The notes below the pieces were generated by a model. That model was not told the origin of the DNA. It searched no databases and saw only the letters and a list, made by a program, of their open reading frames with translations. This document shows positions 22,201 through 31,643 of a stretch of 64,000 bases of DNA, piece after piece. Each line of letters starts with the position of its first letter. The first letter of the stretch is position 1. Origin of the DNA: a virus. Location of the stretch: positions 23,533 through 87,532 of the IMG/VR virus record IMGVR_UViG_3300027788_000006; one strand, written 5' to 3'. The position numbers and the translations under genes are program-made.

Positions 22201-25200
22201 GCTGCATAATTAGTTATCGAATCATTAAATCCGCCACCACATGCTACAGCGAAATTAGTATTGTAAACATTGGGATTTGTTATACCAATACCAGTAGTGA
22301 AATTACCAGCTACAGGAGTACCTCCAGAGTCTATAAAATAAAAATCGTCCGGACCTACAGCATCTCCCCCACTTGTAAGTATATTCATGTCAACTAAACA
22401 TGGGACATCAGTTGCTATAGTAGAAATTATTGTAGGAAGTATGTAAGGAGTACAGTCAATTATTATTCCTGTGTATGTTACAATACACCCAGTAGAATCT
22501 GTTATAACACATGTATAAGTACCTGTAACAGTTAAATTAGAAATATTTTGTGTAGTCGCCCCATTACTCCATAAAAAACTATAAGGAGCTGTTCCCATGG
22601 CTACTGTTAAAAGTATCTCACCGTCTTGCGCTATAGAAGTATCCAGACAAGTTATAACATCATTAACCGTTGTAAAACAATAATCACAACAATCATCACA
22701 TGTAGGAACTACTGTATTTCCTAAACAATCTTCATTAGTATTAGAGGCTGTAACATCCATACATCCATGAACATTATTATCTGCAATAGTAAATGGTACG
22801 GTGCAAACACCAGATAAACCATCACCATAAACCCCCACAGTATGAGCACCAACCTGCGTTAGGGTTGAGTAAGTATGAGGCCACGTTATTGGGGCACCCA
22901 ATATATGCCCAAATTGTCCTCCAGTAGGAGCAGTAAGATAGAAAGTATAATTAGGGCCAGAAACAAATCCTGGAGTTATAAGATCTACTGTAACTGATCC
23001 AACACCAGTACAATCTATATCAGTAGATACAACGTCTAGATACCAGCATGTTCCATCATCACAAGCAGCCATCGCATTATAATTACACGCTGTTGGATCA
23101 GTACAGCCTGATAGCTGAGGATCATTATATATAGTGAAACCCCGAGAAAAAGTACACCCATTACTCATAACACAGATAGCGGTATAACCACCTGCAGCAA
23201 GATTAGTATCCGCTAAAAGAGTAGAACTATAACTATTAGGTCCTGTAACAACTGTTGATAGTATTGTTATTGCTGGTATAGTAGTTCCCGGATATAGTTG
23301 GTATGATCCTCCTGTAGGAGGTGGTGAAGCTGGAGGACAGTACATTATATCTCCTGTAACAACATGAACCAGAAGAGATACTATTTGAGGAGAATATACA
23401 GGTTGATAAACCCCTACTGTTTCTGTACATCCAAAAGAATCTGTAATATGACAAACGAATTGACATGTACCATTATAATCAAATGGAGTATTTCCTACCC
23501 ATTTATTTAAATCAGAGGAAGTAAAAGTAGCGTTTGTAGTTTGATATGGCCAAGGAATTGGTATACCAGGATTAGTCAAGTCTTCCCAAACAAAAGTAAA
23601 TGGAGGAGTTCCTCCAGCAACAGTTACAGTAGCCCCCGATGAATTACATACTTCAGGTGTTAGTGTTGCATTCCATGTACAAGGATCTGGATAAGTACAA
23701 GTGTTCAGACTACAAGTACAAGTAGCACAGTAATTAGTTCCTAAAGGATCCGTACATCCACATTCAGGAAAGTCTATATATATACCATCACCTTCTGCAG
23801 TACAAATTAAACCATTTGAATCAGTTGTTACAATAACAACTCTATAAGTTCCATCTAAACCTCCATTTTGGAAATCATCTACAGGAGTAAGTGGAGTGTT
23901 ACAAGCATATTGCCAATGTATATAACTATTAATACTAGGTGAGGCAACTACAACTGAATTTGTGGTTACCCAAGCAGATCCATTCCAAAATTGTACATGA
24001 TGTACTTGAGCTATTAATGTTACAGTTGGAGACCATCCACAAGATAAATATGATCCATAATAAACTAGACAAGGGGTTATAAGCGAATTCGTAGTAAAAT
24101 GTGCATCAGGGGTAGTACAACAGCTTGGCCCTGGAGGGTATAAACATGAACCATCATCAGTTGTACAAGTAGGACAATAGTTAGCCGGTTGCGCCCCAGG
24201 ATAATTTGCTATACCTGTTATAACATCATAAGCTATTCCAGTTGTATTAGAGGCAGGATCAGTCCACCAAGTTTGACCTTGATTTACAAATGTACCATCA
24301 TCTGTACATCCAGTATTACCATACACACAACAACAGTCACAAGTAGCTGCAGCATTATAATTAGTAGCTATAGGATCAGTACACCCACAATTTACAGGCG
24401 CATTATTTGTAGAACTTATAAGAGCAGGTGCTCCAGCGTTATGACCAAAAGGTCCCGTAGTAGTTACAGTAGTTGTATTAATATAATGGATCTGCATATA
24501 TAATACAGGAGTAGTAGGTAAGAAGGGCGTTATAGCAGCTGTAAATCCTTGTCCAGCACAATCATCTGTTCCTAAATCCTGGACAAATGAATTTCCTAAC
24601 TGTGCCTGGAAAATCGTCATTATTAATGTGTCTCCCCCTGGAGTATTATCCATATCCAACCATATCTCTACACGATCAACTTGAGCACATGGAATACCAG
24701 CCCCCCAATTTGCTACTAATGATACTTCACAAGTAGTATCTACAAATGTAAGAGTTGGATCTGGTTGGGTAACGTAAGTACAACTACCATCATCACAAGT
24801 AGCCAAAGCATCATAGTTACAAGCTAAAGGATCTATACACCCATTTACAAAACCATCAGAAACAATGGCAGGGATAGGGCTATTAACACAACTATTTACA
24901 TCCGTAATTATTAATGAATATGTACCTGCTATAAGTCCTGTTAAATTTTGATTAGTGCTTTGTCCCGCTGGAACTACGCCTCCACTTGAAGCAGACCAAG
25001 AGAAAGTATAAGGAGCAACACCTCCCGCAGGAGTAGGAGTTATAGATCCATTGGCAACTAAACAGTCTGTATTATCAACAACCAACGTCGGGATCATAGT
25101 AACTATAGATGGCTCTGTTATAGTCCAACTTGTAGTTAATAAACAGTTATTATTATCGAGTATATCAAGGGTATATGTTCCTGGTGATAATCCAGTTATT

Positions 25201-28157
25201 CCTGTAGATGATGTAGAACCAGTACTCCATAAATATGAGTATGGTACACTACCTCCTGTAACAGAGTTTATTGTAATAATACCATTATTCTCTCCATTAC
25301 ATCTTACATCAGAAGCTGTTGCAGATAAAACAGTGCTACAATAATAACAACTTCCATCATCACACAAAGCACTTGCGTTATAGTTTACAGCTAAAGGGTC
25401 TGTACAACCATCAGGTAAGATACAAGAACCATCATCACAGTTAGCAGTAGCATCATAATTACATGCCATAGGATCAGTACATCCATATATACCGTTGTCT
25501 AGTAAGATTTTGGTTTCTAAATACCCTACACATCCATTAGAATCTGTAGCTTGGCAGGTATAAGTACCTGGAACCAAACCAGATATCATATTAGTAGTAG
25601 CTCCAGTACTCCATAGCCAAGTATATATACCTGTTCCTCCACCCATAAGAGCTTGTATGCTACCATTATTATAACATGTAACATGTGTAGCTTGTAAAAA
25701 TGTAGAGATATTTGCTATCCCAGGAACTACTATAGCTAGGTATTCTTGACAGCCAGTGATTGTATCTGTTACTACAACCGAAGGAGTTGACGCAGGGAAT
25801 CCAGTTGCTGCTGGAATAGTTTGTCCATTAGACCATAAATAAGTATAAGTACCACTACCTCCTGCTGCAGTTACGGTTGCTGTTCCATTAGAATCGCTAT
25901 GGCATATAATAGCTGTGGATGTTGCAGTAAGAGTTAATATTGGGTATAGAGGTTGGTCAAAGCTTATTCCGAATTTATTTGCATAAAAACACCCATCTTC
26001 ATCTATCATGTATATTGAATAACTACCCTGATCTGGAGGCAGTCCAGGAGTTCCTGTATAATTTACAGTAGTATTATCCTGTGTGGTAGGAGATGAACTA
26101 TTTATTAAAGTTAGTTCTACAGCAGACATAGTCGTATTTGCAATATACGACGTATTTTCATCTATAATAATCTGACCGTTTGTATCAGGAGTAAAAATTC
26201 CATATGCAACAGTATCATTATTAGTACTAGATGTATGTGTAACACCAGCATTTATTGTACTCGCAGAATTAGGTACTATAAAAACTTGAATAGGACCAGT
26301 AGAATTAATAGCAGCTGATAGATCTATAATAAGCTCACCGTAAGTACAACTATGATCATTTACAATTGTTGTAACGGTGCTTTGGTTAGATATATGGAAA
26401 TCACCACAGTCACAATCTAAACAGTTAACAGTTTGATCTGGGTATAGAACAGCTGACATAGAATTAGTTGGTCCTATCAAGTCCAGCGTCATTATTAATG
26501 ATAAGGGAAAGGGAAGGCCTGGGGAAAAAGATACAGCAGTCCCATCACATTGCTCATCTGTATACTGCCAATAATTTATATTACTGGAATCGTTACAAAC
26601 CTCTATAGGTCCTGGACACTGATGTATATGTTCAGAGTAATGATGAACATGAGTAAATGGTACATAAGCACCCTTATCTGCATGTATTCCACTCTGATTT
26701 TTTATAAGTCCATATACTGTATTAAAGTCCGATTGAGCACCTATAGCAGTAGATGCAGAATCAGCAGGAGCAGCGCCTACAAAAGTATTCTCATAAAAAA
26801 TATTAAGACACTCATAATGTTGAGACCCAGTAGATCCAGGTATTTTTGATGGCAATGTAGATGGTATTCCAGCAGCTGTTTTCAATGCGTTTCTATCAGC
26901 ATTCAGATAACTAATATCAGGCTTAGTAACAGCACGGCTAATAACTCCACTAATCGGACGTTGCTGAGAAGTAGGTTGTGTGTATATCCTCTCTATATTA
27001 GTATTTGCACTAGAAGCTCCAAGTGTATTATCTAACTCAATAATCATGATTGGCCAATTATCATCTAGAGTAGTAGGAGTGAAATCAGGAGTGAAATACT
27101 TAGCAGTACCACCTGAATTACCTACCGTTGATATATCGTGAGTAATAGTATGGTTCGAATAATTTGAAAATAAATGCATCTTAAGAGTTGCACCAGCAGG
27201 AAAATTACCATAGTTAGTATTGAGAAACATCTGTATCCGTTCGATTCCATCTCTACATAATCTCTGAAGGTAAGGAGCAAACTGACTGTTACCCAGTGGC
27301 ATTCCAAATCTTTGCATAACTCCTGTTCTTTCACCAGGACCAGCATTTAACTCTAAATAGTCGGAACCGGATGGAAACAGTTGAGCAGAAGTAGGTAAGC
27401 CAGCAGATGATGCATTACTAGTATATTTAATCCAATTTGCATTTGCTATAGTTACATTTGGATGCGCTGTGTGTATATCTGCAAGTATATCATTTGGAGT
27501 TGCTCCAATAGCATTAGTAACATTTAGTACACTAGCTGCACCGGAAATAGAGCTCCAATCAGTTCCATCAGTAATGTGTTTAGAATAATGAGATTTAGCA
27601 ATGTGTACATGCTTACCTGTTATATTAGGATCAACTATATAACTTATAGTAGAGATAGGTCGTTCTCCTCCGTATGGGTCAGTACCAGCAGGAAAAGCAT
27701 CACAGTCATTAGCCTTTACTATTGCCACAGTTCCAATATCTCCTGCATAAGAAGTTACGCTGTAGTAAGCTTCAGGTAGAACTACAGTAAAATCTTTTGA
27801 GGAACCATCAGACCATTCAACACGAACTAGTCTTACAGGATTGGAACCTGTTGACGTAGGTAAAAAACTAGCAGAGTTACCTGTAACACCATATCTTAAA
27901 ATGATACCTGGTGGATTGGATGGTTGACCAACTGAACCTGTAGACGCAATCACTGGCACTACAGAATCTCCTGTAATATCAGTGAAACTTGCTACAGTTA
28001 GATGTGTCTGACCACAGAAACTAGCACCACCTGCTAAATTACCATATACAACTGAGCTGCATATTATAGTTTGAAGTGAAGTAACTATTGTTGGTTGACA
28101 AAGTGTATCAGTAGGACCTCCACTGATAACAACATTTTTTAATTCTGCTACAGCCAT
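16245..28157 (-). CDS. Giant (3970 aa) Cys/Thr-rich repeat protein with SprB-like and GCTDPxAxNY...DDGSC repeats; putative virion surface fibre/adhesin
   Basis: More than 20 GC(T/M/I)D repeats and several SprB-type units (C....G.I.....GG..PY.Y.WS.G.....L..G.Y...I.D...C). Uninterrupted 11.9 kb ORF inside the structural module. Confidence 0.75.
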   Translation of the reverse strand: MAVAELKNVVISGGPTDTLCQPTIVTSLQTIICSSVVYGNLAGGASFCGQTHLTVASFTDITGDSVVPVIASTGSVGQPSNPPGIILRYGVTGNSASFLPTSTGSNPVRLVRVEWSDGSSKDFTVVLPEAYYSVTSYAGDIGTVAIVKANDCDAFPAGTDPYGGERPISTISYIVDPNITGKHVHIAKSHYSKHITDGTDWSSISGAASVLNVTNAIGATPNDILADIHTAHPNVTIANANWIKYTSNASSAGLPTSAQLFPSGSDYLELNAGPGERTGVMQRFGMPLGNSQFAPYLQRLCRDGIERIQMFLNTNYGNFPAGATLKMHLFSNYSNHTITHDISTVGNSGGTAKYFTPDFTPTTLDDNWPIMIIELDNTLGASSANTNIERIYTQPTSQQRPISGVISRAVTKPDISYLNADRNALKTAAGIPSTLPSKIPGSTGSQHYECLNIFYENTFVGAAPADSASTAIGAQSDFNTVYGLIKNQSGIHADKGAYVPFTHVHHYSEHIHQCPGPIEVCNDSSNINYWQYTDEQCDGTAVSFSPGLPFPLSLIMTLDLIGPTNSMSAVLYPDQTVNCLDCDCGDFHISNQSTVTTIVNDHSCTYGELIIDLSAAINSTGPIQVFIVPNSASTINAGVTHTSSTNNDTVAYGIFTPDTNGQIIIDENTSYIANTTMSAVELTLINSSSPTTQDNTTVNYTGTPGLPPDQGSYSIYMIDEDGCFYANKFGISFDQPLYPILTLTATSTAIICHSDSNGTATVTAAGGSGTYTYLWSNGQTIPAATGFPASTPSVVVTDTITGCQEYLAIVVPGIANISTFLQATHVTCYNNGSIQALMGGGTGIYTWLWSTGATTNMISGLVPGTYTCQATDSNGCVGYLETKILLDNGIYGCTDPMACNYDATANCDDGSCILPDGCTDPLAVNYNASALCDDGSCYYCSTVLSATASDVRCNGENNGIITINSVTGGSVPYSYLWSTGSTSSTGITGLSPGTYTLDILDNNNCLLTTSWTITEPSIVTMIPTLVVDNTDCLVANGSITPTPAGGVAPYTFSWSASSGGVVPAGQSTNQNLTGLIAGTYSLIITDVNSCVNSPIPAIVSDGFVNGCIDPLACNYDALATCDDGSCTYVTQPDPTLTFVDTTCEVSLVANWGAGIPCAQVDRVEIWLDMDNTPGGDTLIMTIFQAQLGNSFVQDLGTDDCAGQGFTAAITPFLPTTPVLYMQIHYINTTTVTTTGPFGHNAGAPALISSTNNAPVNCGCTDPIATNYNAAATCDCCCVYGNTGCTDDGTFVNQGQTWWTDPASNTTGIAYDVITGIANYPGAQPANYCPTCTTDDGSCLYPPGPSCCTTPDAHFTTNSLITPCLVYYGSYLSCGWSPTVTLIAQVHHVQFWNGSAWVTTNSVVVASPSINSYIHWQYACNTPLTPVDDFQNGGLDGTYRVVIVTTDSNGLICTAEGDGIYIDFPECGCTDPLGTNYCATCTCSLNTCTYPDPCTWNATLTPEVCNSSGATVTVAGGTPPFTFVWEDLTNPGIPIPWPYQTTNATFTSSDLNKWVGNTPFDYNGTCQFVCHITDSFGCTETVGVYQPVYSPQIVSLLVHVVTGDIMYCPPASPPPTGGSYQLYPGTTIPAITILSTVVTGPNSYSSTLLADTNLAAGGYTAICVMSNGCTFSRGFTIYNDPQLSGCTDPTACNYNAMAACDDGTCWYLDVVSTDIDCTGVGSVTVDLITPGFVSGPNYTFYLTAPTGGQFGHILGAPITWPHTYSTLTQVGAHTVGVYGDGLSGVCTVPFTIADNNVHGCMDVTASNTNEDCLGNTVVPTCDDCCDYCFTTVNDVITCLDTSIAQDGEILLTVAMGTAPYSFLWSNGATTQNISNLTVTGTYTCVITDSTGCIVTYTGIIIDCTPYILPTIISTIATDVPCLVDMNILTSGGDAVGPDDFYFIDSGGTPVAGNFTTGIGITNPNVYNTNFAVACGGGFNDSITNYAAWNLIPGQVYTSALNYTLPNGVTGTVYGPPMTVPLNANMVCGCMDATADNFNEDCATGLTVVPTCDICCDFCSATLTVAAVASACGLGTILIATVLNCGGCLGVYAWTGSLNGAVSSNLGSIIIPTGGGSVTCTWTENITGCVYTDTLTFPAPPTSVTLGQTNTCANNLPIDNGTITQTVAPGTPPYTYAWTAASGGVVPGAQTTNQNLTGLVPGDYNCVVIDASGCTGTATSTITACCVTGCTDNSTYAFNYDVTNICTCNSGSANDCCVYPVTTALISQTVTGCNNTIILSTSDTNASALADTASATFQIISDPAGAATLIALPLPLSSTGTDTYGLTFIEDCSTFFFPLNGDYAIQYVITYANGHTETIQSNTVTYVRRICGCMDAAAINYDATATCPDTCIYSGAITCALALNITSAGCIDDLVLTASDSSSNIVASWAWVIEDATTNTTMASGSSSMTSLAATSNGVDACGTPVVAYAMNTTYDATVTVTFTNGTTDTCTTSVITTPTYICGCTDANATNYNAAATCDDGSCTYPCCSLPTFTATANNNPGGCTLEYLSTLTCAVSEYAETIVSTLQFWDGTTWQISDVLTETTTAAANATAGVSNTYNYSCTTNTFGTYGTGDYRVVFDITYVGGATCQLISATDTLTFNPCGCTDPTATNYDPLAICDDGTCISSSCCTPDTIGLDPSSTTVNTCTPDLLFTATCSPITVSHVINWYMWDTAGTAWVLLTTATVVSANTSINEILPFANLHTTPGSEIYKAEAVITYAGSTCTIELQYTYTPTGPLGCTDLTPGLYPDVNGYDASAVYDCTTSTTIPTAGNIMSYPTIGGYLNSNVDQCAVCPGPCTPGNPIHTWRDCNTLVEYTFVEMGATGAGSESNDYYIAVGSPSPGNTIQYLNDCYEYVGISVTNTLGTIINYSSANFLLLPFYFNCIDCSAVFHEWKMCVCPSSWVPAIVWADCAEDIVNMIGDPTSVYPLANTALNNGIFYNYVVAQNGAPIVIGDVLNIRHTSGVGSYCIEYMGPSPYNAATHHGYTTMLGEYELGNNHTLVGPADVYADCTLCASAPPLYMEWEKCGTTDLYNIVDVGVAVTSANTITWVGTNQSGAIQMPGYPAANLTWGPIIGATVIKLSNGDCFKFNGYNVAPAGNATSELIDASPTIPLELDCTSCLLVPGCTDPSADNYNENCATLPVLATISDGCCQYTLTGCMDTGALTQNYWDGLEPYNGINSQSPNDYATILTTVTYPGILPINPNPTATSDDGSCIYEGCTDPAANNYVTYASVDDGSCNYCVYGCTNPAFVQYNSLATCDCNSSDPAQGNTGPLDPLLDNDCCVDLCVSGCMDCGTIWETDSVANPGAITCLTQTGTAASGAGSTNFDPLATCPAGCITPLNGCTSATALNYDPTANNDDGSCLYCSGFTTAMGPALSGTGQAFVIDAASVNTATNWFQASLATTIEDPTGSFTGSAILTMGINPNVQLPAVLYITIFDSTGNIVMSGPSSSAPGVIFSAVGLSYGSYSIVISTISLPVWSVAQVCDNTFTFDIQTPACDDPAAFNTTLIPAQYVISDPTLCIVPGFCACAVTATTVVSSLCGVPSSIVWNMTCNPGQSITGYLEQSLDNGATWTTIVASITGTSNGFNTLLHTQLVTTNSQWRFTYTETTTPSCGTAGTVVMSPIIITTMPLCGCTDVTAQNYDPLAVLDDGSCIYCIYGCIDPLASNYNIAATCDDGSCLYAIEGCTDPGASNYSSGATIDDGSCIYCDAEYWDCIPQANTSTNSCTGTAVTLLISEGILLSTNTYDSTELDPWTTFPNQDMALTALVLIHGITANFNDYYYQSAQPCGAYPAGCCLNGFVKKKITSITHVGMPGQFFNTWKTYIDAAILAGVPTGSLILPANSDGCHPATGYNVSIESSTVSNTPSTANIISGALGSPSENSDTINIIACCTGSCNCSEVAVEGPNTSQAACLSDPFCCLTPQSL

Positions 28158-28171
28158 ACGTTATATATATA

Positions 28172-28669
28172 TTAACAATTACACCCGCAAGACAGGTCAC
28201 ATATTTCTTTGGATTTTAAATACTTGTCATAAGCATTTTTTATATACCCGGTATTACCGAGTATATAGACTTGTTCTGCTGAAGCTTTAGCAGAGCTAAT
28301 CAATAAGTATATTTTTTGTGCTTTAGCAAGTGCTTTAGAACATCTAGGACATTCACACCCACAATTAATTAATTCTTCTGTTAACTTAGCTAAACAACAA
28401 TCAATATCACAGCTTGCTATAAACGCTGCTGAAGATACTGTTGCACCTCCTTGGGCATATTCAACTTGGTATACACCATTAGAGATTAAAGTTATATCAT
28501 TAGTTAAGGTTTCACCGGGAACTGTATAAGTTATCGGATGAGTTATTACTACACTGGATGCATAATTTGTTATAGTTAAAGCTCCGGCAATACCTGCTCC
28601 CGAAGCATCTGTAGTATCTATAGAAACCATTAGACAATCAGGTCTAACGGATACAATCTTTAATGACAT
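28172..28669 (-). CDS. Structural protein with a Cys-rich C-terminal helical domain
   Basis: SCDIDCCLAKL...CGCECPRC...CDLSCGCNC. Confidence 0.55.
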   Translation of the reverse strand: MSLKIVSVRPDCLMVSIDTTDASGAGIAGALTITNYASSVVITHPITYTVPGETLTNDITLISNGVYQVEYAQGGATVSSAAFIASCDIDCCLAKLTEELINCGCECPRCSKALAKAQKIYLLISSAKASAEQVYILGNTGYIKNAYDKYLKSKEICDLSCGCNC

Positions 28670-28689
28670 GTAGTTAAATTTTAAAAGTT

Positions 28690-28724
28690 AAAAAAGATAT
28701 ATAGGGGGTATTTCACCCCCTATA
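28690..28724 (-). terminator. Intrinsic terminator
   Basis: Minus strand TATAGGGGG-tgaaata-CCCCCTATA followed by TATCTTTTTT, after a double TAG stop. Confidence 0.75.
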
Positions 28725-28746
28725 ATCTTATAAAGTTGTTAGCCTA

Positions 28747-29601
28747 CTATATACCAGCTACAATTGCATCTACTAAAGCAGCTGCAGGAGCAGTAGCAAC
28801 AGCAGAATTTCTTACAGCTAATACTAAGACTCTTTCATTGTCCACACCATTAATTTGGTTGACAGTAGGATTCTTGTATGTAATTGTATTCAACTCGTAA
28901 GGGAATCCAGCAGAAGCATAAGTTACTGTACCATTTGGTAAGTAAGTAGCTCTATCGTAATCACCTACACCAGAACCTAAGAAGTTTTTCTCTTGTATTA
29001 ACATTACCTCAACATCACCTACACCTACTGAACCAGCAGTTAAAGCTGGAACTGTACAAGTTGCAACTGAAGTACCTGGATCAAAAGCGATCTGAATATT
29101 AGTCATAACTGTATCAGTTGGCATTCCTGCAAAAGTAGTACCGGTAACTGTAAGTACACCCGCACCTGGAGCAGTTGCAGCAGAGATCCAAGATGGCATG
29201 TCAGCAGTAATTGCAGCAGCTAAATATACAGCGATAGCATTTGCAGCACCCCCAATAGTAGCCAAAGGAATTTCATATGTTTTTCTATTGAAAGGCTCCA
29301 TTCCAGCAGAAGTATCAATAAGTTTGAAATACCCTACGTCTGGAGTTGTAGCGTCTTCTGTTAAAGTTACATTTGCGATTTGTGCAGTTGAAACAGCACC
29401 TGTTGCAGTAGTAGTATTAATAATATCTTTTTGGTTTATCCATTGAGATTTTACATTACTACCAAATCTTAATACTCTAAATGTTTTTGCAGCTATTACA
29501 GCAGCAGCATTAACTAGTACAGTACCAGCTTGATCTTCAAATGTAATGGCACCAGCAGCACCTCCTACAAAATCGTCTCCGAAAATTATTTGTTTAGTCA
29601 T
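28747..29601 (-). CDS. Putative auxiliary capsid/structural protein
   Basis: Ala/Thr/Gly-rich, third gene after the MCP in the conserved crAss block, followed by a terminator. Confidence 0.55.
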   Translation of the reverse strand: MTKQIIFGDDFVGGAAGAITFEDQAGTVLVNAAAVIAAKTFRVLRFGSNVKSQWINQKDIINTTTATGAVSTAQIANVTLTEDATTPDVGYFKLIDTSAGMEPFNRKTYEIPLATIGGAANAIAVYLAAAITADMPSWISAATAPGAGVLTVTGTTFAGMPTDTVMTNIQIAFDPGTSVATCTVPALTAGSVGVGDVEVMLIQEKNFLGSGVGDYDRATYLPNGTVTYASAGFPYELNTITYKNPTVNQINGVDNERVLVLAVRNSAVATAPAAALVDAIVAGI

Positions 29602-29623
29602 TTTTTCTTTTTTTTAAATTTTA

Positions 29624-30829
29624 CTATTCGTTTTTATTTACCTCAATTTCATGAGTTTTATATCTAGAATCTGCAATAGTTTCTAAGATACTACTCACGG
29701 CCATGTCCACAATCTCTCTGTGAGAGTGCTCGGGTAGTTCACAGCTTACTTGCAAAGATAATGAAATCTCTGCCGGTTTTCTTATATATGTTAATTTTAC
29801 CTCTGGTATTATAAATATATCATTAGTGTAAAAGTCTAATCTGTTCTCACGTATGGTATATAAAGGTTGTTCCCATTTTGTTGTATTAAAAGGATCATCT
29901 AATAAAGAATATATATCATCTTGTTGAACAAACTTTGCTATGCTATATACCCGTTCAAACTCAGCAGCAGTTAATGGTGTATTTTCTAACAGTCGATGTT
30001 GGTGAAAATCTGGAACAGTAGTTAAAGGAGCTCGATATAACTCATTACCATTACCATCTATAGCAAGTATATGCCATACAGTTCCTAAAAAAGGATCAGA
30101 GTTATTAGCAGGATACGTAGCCGTATGTATTCTAAGTAAAAATCCTCCTGGTCGTTTTGCAGACTGTAAATCTTGCCATTCACCCCACCAACTCCCAATT
30201 ACTCCTGCTTCTATCTCTGCTTTAAAAGCAGCAACTCCAGCTTCAGTACCATCTAAAGGAGTAGTAGTTACTTGGTCCCATAAAGTATATTGAGGCGCTT
30301 GTAATATTGGGGGGTATGTACCACCAATTTGTTGATGACTTACATCCGCTACCATATACAATCCATGTACAGAATCAATTAATGTTGATCCTATTAAATC
30401 ATCCATAGGAAGTTCAAAATATTTAAAATTAGCAAAGCTATTAATAAAAGATAGACTAGCTAATAATTCAGCCTCTGTAAGTGGTATACAGGTTTTCTTT
30501 CTCTGTAGATGAGCTCTAGTATTAACTAAATACATATAATCATCTGGGAGCACTGCACTGTCCGACCAAGTAGTACTATTTACAACTCCTTTATAATTAG
30601 TTGCAAGAGATGCTTCTTTAATAAGAGTTCTAATATCGTCAATACGCTTTTGACCTTGTTCAAAACCTTTCTGATATTTATTACCTCTACCATATTTAGT
30701 ATTGATAAATTTATATTGTGCTTGATTTAATTCTAGATCAAGTTCTTGGGGTAATAGCATATCAGCTTGGAATGAATTGATCTTATCCACCCCTTGCTGA
30801 ATTGCTAAATGCATTTCTCCTACATTCAT
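29624..30829 (-). CDS. Head-tail ring/adaptor protein (crAss gene-74-like) with an internal insertion
   Basis: MH.AIQQGVDKINS...E.D..LNQAQ..FI, GFEQ.QKRIDD.RTL, LP.DYMYL, YIRKP..I...CELPEHSH.EIVDMAV. Confidence 0.7.
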   Translation of the reverse strand: MNVGEMHLAIQQGVDKINSFQADMLLPQELDLELNQAQYKFINTKYGRGNKYQKGFEQGQKRIDDIRTLIKEASLATNYKGVVNSTTWSDSAVLPDDYMYLVNTRAHLQRKKTCIPLTEAELLASLSFINSFANFKYFELPMDDLIGSTLIDSVHGLYMVADVSHQQIGGTYPPILQAPQYTLWDQVTTTPLDGTEAGVAAFKAEIEAGVIGSWWGEWQDLQSAKRPGGFLLRIHTATYPANNSDPFLGTVWHILAIDGNGNELYRAPLTTVPDFHQHRLLENTPLTAAEFERVYSIAKFVQQDDIYSLLDDPFNTTKWEQPLYTIRENRLDFYTNDIFIIPEVKLTYIRKPAEISLSLQVSCELPEHSHREIVDMAVSSILETIADSRYKTHEIEVNKNE

Positions 30830-30830
30830 A

Positions 30831-31643
30831 TTATAGTGCTAGTTCTTTTAGTTTAGCTCTCATTATAGTTAATTGTCCAGAATTCTTTTTATTTTTCATA
30901 AAAATTATTGAATCTTCTAGAGTTTCTCCAATCACTTCATCAATAAAGATAACTTGATTACCAATTCTTCTTAGTACTCCAGATGATACCATAGTTTCAA
31001 TCTCTGCTATCGTTTCTAAGTTCTTATCTGTAGCTACTCTTAAGAATTTCTTAGGGTTTGCGTTCTTAACCCCATATAGATTATTCTCTATTTGATCCCT
31101 AGTTAATACATCAGGATTACCATCAGATAAGATTCTTAAAACTCTCTTCATAGCAGTTTCATCAGCAGATAATTTTATAAATTCTCTATCCGCATCTTTT
31201 AATACTTGTATTTCATTATTCCTTTTAGAGTCTTCTCTAGAAAGATCCTGAATATAAAATCTTTTATTTGTTGTAACTTCCATTTCCTCTTTAGTTAAGG
31301 ATACATGAGGGTGTCTTAATGCAAATCTATACTTAATAAAATCTATAGCATTGAGAGGATTTCCGTTTGTATCCGTACCAATTTCTAATTCAACTCCTGT
31401 AAATCCTACAGGAATGGATAATTCAGTCCAAAATTTCTTAGTGTGCTTAGGCCACTCTACGTGATCTGGAGCTACATCTAAAATTCCATTTAAATACTTT
31501 GCTTCATCTTCAGGGTCAAATGCTTTTAACGGTTGGCGGTTTACAAAAACACTACTGACTTTCATAATTGATTCAGCTTTTACCTCTTGAGGTAAATGAT
31601 TGTTTAGTTCCTTTCTTCGAAGGAATACTTTTTTACTTTTCAT
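30831..31643 (-). CDS. Conserved crAss-like protein downstream of the MCP (gene-75-like)
   Basis: Position and motifs FW.ELSIPV...GVELEIG, P.N..DFIKYRFAL.HP.V. Confidence 0.65.
   Translation of the reverse strand: MKSKKVFLRRKELNNHLPQEVKAESIMKVSSVFVNRQPLKAFDPEDEAKYLNGILDVAPDHVEWPKHTKKFWTELSIPVGFTGVELEIGTDTNGNPLNAIDFIKYRFALRHPHVSLTKEEMEVTTNKRFYIQDLSREDSKRNNEIQVLKDADREFIKLSADETAMKRVLRILSDGNPDVLTRDQIENNLYGVKNANPKKFLRVATDKNLETIAEIETMVSSGVLRRIGNQVIFIDEVIGETLEDSIIFMKNKKNSGQLTIMRAKLKELAL

Noticed and set aside
16245-28157. Diversity-generating retroelement acting on the giant protein
   Set aside because: No reverse transcriptase in the window and no template/variable repeat pair differing at adenines was seen. 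The repeats are degenerate protein-level repeats.
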